Source: an uncultured Ruminococcus sp. (GTDB lineage: Bacteria > Bacillota > Clostridia > Oscillospirales > Ruminococcaceae). Taken from it: a stretch of DNA of 32,957 nucleotides. The stretch lies in assembly GCA_937898375.1 (NCBI GenBank), contig CALEJX010000125.1:1-32957 (forward strand), read 5' to 3'. Of the stretch, positions 28,052 to 32,957 are shown one piece after another; position 1 is the stretch's first letter, and the number at the start of each line of letters is the position of its first letter. The translations under genes were made by a program, and so were the position numbers. The notes under the pieces were generated by a model. The model had not been told where the DNA came from. It did not search any database and saw only the letters and a list, made by a program, of their open reading frames with translations.

Positions 28052-28087
28052 TAGGAATGGCAGTGGCACGAGGACGAGGTGAAAATA

Positions 28088-29494
28088 ATGAAAGAAAAAA
28101 GTCAGGTCATGGATATTGACCGCAGTATTTATGATATAAAAGATGTTGAAAATGACGCTTACCGCATAAAAAGCGGTCTGACCCCTGAAATTATAGAGAA
28201 AATTTCAAAAGAAAAGAACGACCCTATATGGATGCAGCAGTTCAGACTTCAATCTTTGCAGATTTATAACGAGATACCGACCCCTGATTGGGGACCGTCT
28301 CTCGAGGGACTTGATATGGACAATATTGCCACATATGTAAGACCAAACACGAAAATGCAGAACAACTGGAAGAACGTTCCGCAGGATATAAAGAACACAT
28401 TTGAGAGATTGGGCATACCGCAGGCGGAGAGAAAATCTCTTGCAGGCGTGGGTGCGCAGTATGATTCTGAGCTTGTTTACCATAACGTGCGCTCTGAGGT
28501 GGCGCAAGAGGGCGTTGTTTATATGGATATCGAAAGCGCCATGAAAGGCGAATATGCCGACATGGTGAGAAAATATTTCATGAAACTTGTTACGCCGAGA
28601 GATCACAAGTTTGCGGCTTTGCATGGAGCAGTATGGTCGGGCGGCTCGTTTGTGTATGTGCCAAAGGGCGTACAGCTTTCAATACCGCTTCAATCTTATT
28701 TCAGACTTAACGCAAAGGGCGCAGGTCAGTTTGAACACACTCTTATCATAGTTGACGAGGGTGCGAGCCTGCACTTTATCGAGGGCTGCTCCGCTCCGAA
28801 ATACAACGTGGCAAACCTTCACGCAGGCTGTGTTGAGCTTTATGTTAAAAAGAACGCAAGGCTCAGATATTCCACTATTGAGAACTGGTCTAAGAATATG
28901 TATAACCTTAACACAAAGCGTGCCCTTGTGGAGGAGGGCGGCACTATCGAATGGGTATCAGGCTCGTTCGGTTCGCACATTGGCTGTCTTTACCCTATGA
29001 GCATTTTAAAGGGCGACAATTCCAAAATGGAGTTCACGGGAGTTACATTCGCAGGAAGCGGACAAAATCTCGATACAGGCGCAAAGGTCGTTCATGTGGG
29101 CAAGAACACAAGCTCGTTCATGAATACACGTTCAATAAGCAAGAGCGGCGGAATAAGCACGTTCAGAAGCAGTGTTGTGGTGGAAAAGAGTGCAAAAAAT
29201 GCCAAGTCATCGGTATCGTGTCAATCTCTTATGCTTGACTCTGAGTCAAGGTCTGACACTATACCTGCAATGGATATCCGCACAAAGGACGCCGCTATCG
29301 GTCACGAGGCGAAGATAGGAAGCATAAGCGGCGACGCAGTTTTCTATCTTATGAGCCGTGGTATGACCGAGGAGGACGCAAGGGCGCTTATCGTAAGCGG
29401 CTTTGCAGACAATGTTTCAAAGGAACTGCCTGTGGAATATGCGGTTGAAATGAACAATCTTATTAGACTTGAAATGAAAGGCAGCATAGGCTGA
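28088..29494 (+). CDS. sufB: Fe-S cluster assembly protein SufB
   Basis: AVWSGGSF, GQFEHTLI, EGCSAP, HEAKIG and ELPVEYAVE motifs. ATG 28088 follows GAGGTG. Confidence 0.97.
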   Translation: MKEKSQVMDIDRSIYDIKDVENDAYRIKSGLTPEIIEKISKEKNDPIWMQQFRLQSLQIYNEIPTPDWGPSLEGLDMDNIATYVRPNTKMQNNWKNVPQDIKNTFERLGIPQAERKSLAGVGAQYDSELVYHNVRSEVAQEGVVYMDIESAMKGEYADMVRKYFMKLVTPRDHKFAALHGAVWSGGSFVYVPKGVQLSIPLQSYFRLNAKGAGQFEHTLIIVDEGASLHFIEGCSAPKYNVANLHAGCVELYVKKNARLRYSTIENWSKNMYNLNTKRALVEEGGTIEWVSGSFGSHIGCLYPMSILKGDNSKMEFTGVTFAGSGQNLDTGAKVVHVGKNTSSFMNTRSISKSGGISTFRSSVVVEKSAKNAKSSVSCQSLMLDSESRSDTIPAMDIRTKDAAIGHEAKIGSISGDAVFYLMSRGMTEEDARALIVSGFADNVSKELPVEYAVEMNNLIRLEMKGSIG

Positions 29495-29513
29495 CGGGAA
29501 AGGAGTGCTTAAA

Positions 29514-30446
29514 ATGACTAAAAATATCCTGATAGACAAGCTGCCGACAAAAACATGGAACTTTCTCAAGGTGAACAGCGCTGAGATACAGTGGGACAGC
29601 GAGGGAGCTGTTAAAACAGAGGAGAACATCTGCTTTAAGAGCGGCGAAAAGGCTGAACCTGTAAGACTTGACAATAGCGGTGCTGAGGGTTATACTGAAA
29701 GAGTAGTAAACGTGACGGCGCAAAAGGCTTCAAAGGGCGTTATATTTGAGATATGCAGAGGGGATAAGCCGCTGCTTTCAAGGGTGAATATCGACCTTGA
29801 CGATGGGGCTGAGGTAAAGCTTGTTATGCTTCTCGAACCGTCAGAAAGCGGACTTGTGCGCCATGAGGTCAGGGCGGAATGTGGGGCAAACTCACATATC
29901 CACATTATGACTATCATGATAGGCGGCGGAGATATTTACAGCGATGATAATGTTACTCTAAGGGGTGACGGAGCGAGGTTTGACGCTGACACCGCTTATT
30001 TGGGAAGAAATTCACAGACTATAGATTACAACATTGTGGCTGCCCATTTCGGCAAAAAGACGGAGAGCCTTATCACAGTGAACGGCGCTTTGACCGACAG
30101 TGCGAAAAAGGTTTTCAGAGGAACGATAGATTTCAAGAAAGGCTCTGCGGACTCGGTGGGCAGCGAGAACGAAACTGTGCTTATGCTGGGCGATGATGTG
30201 GTGAACAAGACTGTTCCGCTGATACTTTGCGCAGAGGAGAATGTTGAGGGTACTCACGGAGCGACTATCGGCGAGCTTGACGCAGACACCATGTTCTATT
30301 TCGAGAGCAGGGGCATTGACAGAGAAACTGCCGAGAAGATAATGGCTTACGCCGCCGTTGAAAGGCTTATCCACATGGCTGAGGACGGCGAGTTTGCGGC
30401 GGAAGCTGAAAAGACAATGGGATTAAAAACTGATACAGAGGAATGA
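29514..30446 (+). CDS. sufD: Fe-S cluster assembly protein SufD
   Basis: KVFRGTIDF, PLILCAEENVEGTHGATIG and FYFESRG motifs. ATG 29514 follows AAGGAG. Confidence 0.92.
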   Translation: MTKNILIDKLPTKTWNFLKVNSAEIQWDSEGAVKTEENICFKSGEKAEPVRLDNSGAEGYTERVVNVTAQKASKGVIFEICRGDKPLLSRVNIDLDDGAEVKLVMLLEPSESGLVRHEVRAECGANSHIHIMTIMIGGGDIYSDDNVTLRGDGARFDADTAYLGRNSQTIDYNIVAAHFGKKTESLITVNGALTDSAKKVFRGTIDFKKGSADSVGSENETVLMLGDDVVNKTVPLILCAEENVEGTHGATIGELDADTMFYFESRGIDRETAEKIMAYAAVERLIHMAEDGEFAAEAEKTMGLKTDTEE

Positions 30447-31663
30447 GGACAATGCAGGGATACAAGGCGGATTTTCCGCTTTTGATGCAGGATAAAACGG
30501 TCTATATCGATAACGCCGCCACGGCACAGCGACCGCAGTGCGTTATCAATGCCGTGAGAGATTTTTATATCTGCCACAACGCAAATCCGCTTAGGGGCAT
30601 TTATGAGCTGAGCGTTCAGGCAACGGAGGATTATGAGAATGCACGAAAGGCGGTGCGTGATTTTATCGGTGCGGCTTCTGCGCAGGAGATAATTTTCACA
30701 CGCAACACCACTGAGAGCATAAATCTTGTGGCATACAGCTATGGGCTTTCCAATTTGAAGCAGGGGGACGAGGTGGTTGTTTCCATAATGGAACACCACA
30801 GCGACCTTTTGCCGTGGCAAATGGTTTGCAGGCAGACGGGTGCGGAACTCAAGTTTCTTGAATGTGAAAAGGACGGAAGTCTTGACCTTGACAAGGCTGA
30901 GAAGCTTATAACAGACCGCACGAAGATAGTGGCGGTGACGCAGCTTTCAAATGTGCTTGGCAGAGAATATCCTATTGAAAAGCTTGCAGAAATTGCACAC
31001 CGCAGGAATGCTGTTATGGTGGCAGACGGCGCACAGAGTACGCCGCACATTCCAGTTGACGTGAAAAAGCTTGGGGTGGATTTCTTTGCGTTTTCAGGTC
31101 ACAAACTTTATGGTCCAATGGGCATAGGCGTGCTTTACGGCAGTCGTGAGCTTCTGGAAGAAATGCCGCCGTTTTTGACAGGCGGCGAAATGATAGAGTC
31201 GGTGTCAAGGACTTCGGCGGTGTATGCTGAACTGCCGCACAAGTTTGAGGCAGGCACTGTCAATGCGGCGGGTGCAGGAGGGGGGGAAACGGGTATAGAC
31301 TATGTGAAAAGCGTGGGCTTTGAAGAGATACATGGGAGAGAGCTTGAGGTGTCGGCATATGCTTTTGAGAAGATGAAAGAGATCGCTCACATAAATATAC
31401 TCGGCTCGGAGAAAGCAGAGGAGCATAATGGCATTTTGACCTTTACTGTGGACAATGTTCACCCACATGACGTGAGCGAGATACTTGCGGCGGACGGCAT
31501 TGCGGTCAGGGCAGGTCATCACTGCGCACAGCCTTTGCTTGAATATCTTGGATACAGGTCAACTGTCAGGGCAAGCTTTGCTTTTTACAACACAAAAGAG
31601 GACGCAGACAGATTTTTAGACAGCCTTTCAACTGTCAGGGAGCGAATGGGTTATGGAAAATAG
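30443..31663 (+). CDS. sufS: Cysteine desulfurase SufS (start may be 30452)
   Basis: YIDNAATAQRP, FSGHK (PLP lysine) and RAGHHCA motifs. Confidence 0.96.
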   Translation: MRTMQGYKADFPLLMQDKTVYIDNAATAQRPQCVINAVRDFYICHNANPLRGIYELSVQATEDYENARKAVRDFIGAASAQEIIFTRNTTESINLVAYSYGLSNLKQGDEVVVSIMEHHSDLLPWQMVCRQTGAELKFLECEKDGSLDLDKAEKLITDRTKIVAVTQLSNVLGREYPIEKLAEIAHRRNAVMVADGAQSTPHIPVDVKKLGVDFFAFSGHKLYGPMGIGVLYGSRELLEEMPPFLTGGEMIESVSRTSAVYAELPHKFEAGTVNAAGAGGGETGIDYVKSVGFEEIHGRELEVSAYAFEKMKEIAHINILGSEKAEEHNGILTFTVDNVHPHDVSEILAADGIAVRAGHHCAQPLLEYLGYRSTVRASFAFYNTKEDADRFLDSLSTVRERMGYGK

Positions 31664-32078
31664 AAATTTTTACAACGAGATACTTACGGAGCATAATATG
31701 CACCCTGATTTCAAGCATGACATCGAGGGTGCGGACATTGTGCTTGACGGAATAAATCCAAGCTGTGGGGACGAGATACAGCTAAAGCTGAAAACTGACG
31801 GGGATATCATCACGGACGGGGCTTTTGTGGGCGACGGCTGTGCAATATCTCAGGCTTCAACGGATATAATGCTTGGAATGATAATAGGTCAGAGCAAGGA
31901 AACGGCGCTTAAATATGCGGATACTTTCATGCGAATGATAAGGGGCGAGGCGACAGACGAGGAGATAGACAGCCTTGAAGAAGCCTCTGCGCTCAGGGAT
32001 ATTTCCCATATGCCTGCAAGGGTAAAGTGCGCAATGCTTGGCTGGCGGACGCTTTCTGAGGCGCTGAAAGGTAAATAG
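31653..32078 (+). CDS. sufU: SUF system NifU-family protein SufU
   Basis: NPSCGD, GCAISQAS and PARVKCA motifs. Confidence 0.96.
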   Translation: MENRNFYNEILTEHNMHPDFKHDIEGADIVLDGINPSCGDEIQLKLKTDGDIITDGAFVGDGCAISQASTDIMLGMIIGQSKETALKYADTFMRMIRGEATDEEIDSLEEASALRDISHMPARVKCAMLGWRTLSEALKGK

Positions 32079-32083
32079 GGTAT

Positions 32084-32120
32084 AAAAATGCCGCTGAGAA
32101 TTTTCTCAGCGGTGTTTTTT
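32084..32120. terminator. Bidirectional terminator between sufU and the GH26 gene
   Basis: AAAAATGCCGCTGAGAA-tt-TTCTCAGCGGTGTTTTTT. Confidence 0.9.
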
Positions 32121-32121
32121 G

Positions 32122-32957
32122 TTATTCAGCCTTTGAAGAAGTTTCTTTCTCCACCTTGCTGTCAGCCTTTGAGCTGTCACCCTTTTTGCTGTCAGCGGAC
32201 TTTTCTTCCGCCTCTTTTATGGAACTTGCAAGGTGGGTGAAGTCTGGGAGCTTGTCTCTTGTTATGGTGAGATTGTTGTTGTACATCTTGATAAGCTCGG
32301 CGGCGGTGTTGTTTTCTTCGGACAGCTTGCCGTCGTCGGTCATAAGATAATTTCCGCCCCACTGACCTATGAATGCCCACATGGCTCTCTCGTCTGCCAC
32401 GCTCTGTATGTCAGGGAAGCTTCCACATTCGCTCATTGCGATAGGCTTGTTCTTTGATATGCTTTGCAGGAAAAGCATTATGTTCACCTGTGCGTCCTTG
32501 CTACCCTGGTCATAAACGTCGCAGGAAAGCACATCGCAGTATTCGTCGCCCACATACCAATCGGCATTCTGCGCTGACCATACCCATATAAGGTTGTTAA
32601 GCTTGTGGTATTTCGTCTGACGTTCATACATAAGTTTCCAAAGCCATTTGTAGGCTTCCTTGTCCTTGCCCCACCAGAAGTCGCCGTTGCTGGCTTCGTG
32701 GAGCGGTCGCCAAAGCACTGCTATGCCCTCGTCTCGCAGGGTGGAGAGCCTTTCTGAAATGGTGTCGATATTCTGAACGATAGCCACACATTCTTCGCTT
32801 ACCTTGCCGTCTTTTTGAAGCTTTTTGATATCATCAAGGCTGAGTTCTGCGATATTTTCCTTTGTAACTGCCTTTTTGATGTCAAAATCCGTTTGGTCGG
32901 CATAATATTCACGCTTGTCATCAGGGGCAGCCCAGTGCCACATATAGCCCACTATTC
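32122..32957 (-). CDS. GH26 beta-mannanase-like protein (3' part, truncated by the window)
   Basis: MWHW, LWRPLHEASNGDFWWG (acid/base Glu), LNNLIWVW, WYVGDEYCD and PIAMSECG (nucleophile Glu). The frame stays open to the window edge. Confidence 0.9.
   Translation of the reverse strand, partial: IVGYMWHWAAPDDKREYYADQTDFDIKKAVTKENIAELSLDDIKKLQKDGKVSEECVAIVQNIDTISERLSTLRDEGIAVLWRPLHEASNGDFWWGKDKEAYKWLWKLMYERQTKYHKLNNLIWVWSAQNADWYVGDEYCDVLSCDVYDQGSKDAQVNIMLFLQSISKNKPIAMSECGSFPDIQSVADERAMWAFIGQWGGNYLMTDDGKLSEENNTAAELIKMYNNNLTITRDKLPDFTHLASSIKEAEEKSADSKKGDSSKADSKVEKETSSKAE

Overview
Chromosomal window from a Ruminococcus-like Firmicute (Oscillospiraceae). The GH36/GH74/GH26 set fits a hemicellulose-degrading gut species such as R. 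bicirculans, which is an inference. The order is: 3' end of rplK and rplA; a GH36 alpha-galactosidase; a lipoprotein GH74 xyloglucanase; a REP-flanked module (a small acidic exported protein with repeated I-x-[DE]3-VPLA motifs and a divergent candidate ~200-nt sRNA); the complete S10-spc-alpha ribosomal superoperon (rpsJ to rplQ); an orphan phage-type lysis cassette (two small membrane proteins plus a GH25 lysin); a PadR-DUF1700-DUF4097-PspC envelope-stress operon; sufCBDSU; and the 3' part of a GH26 mannanase. The most unusual features are non-coding: a ~430-nt, heavily structured rpsJ leader, a 195-nt structured rplW-rplB spacer sharing a stem with it, a hairpin inserted in the L1-binding site, and a probable ATC start codon for the GH36 gene. 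All base pairings were traced by eye and no searches were run.
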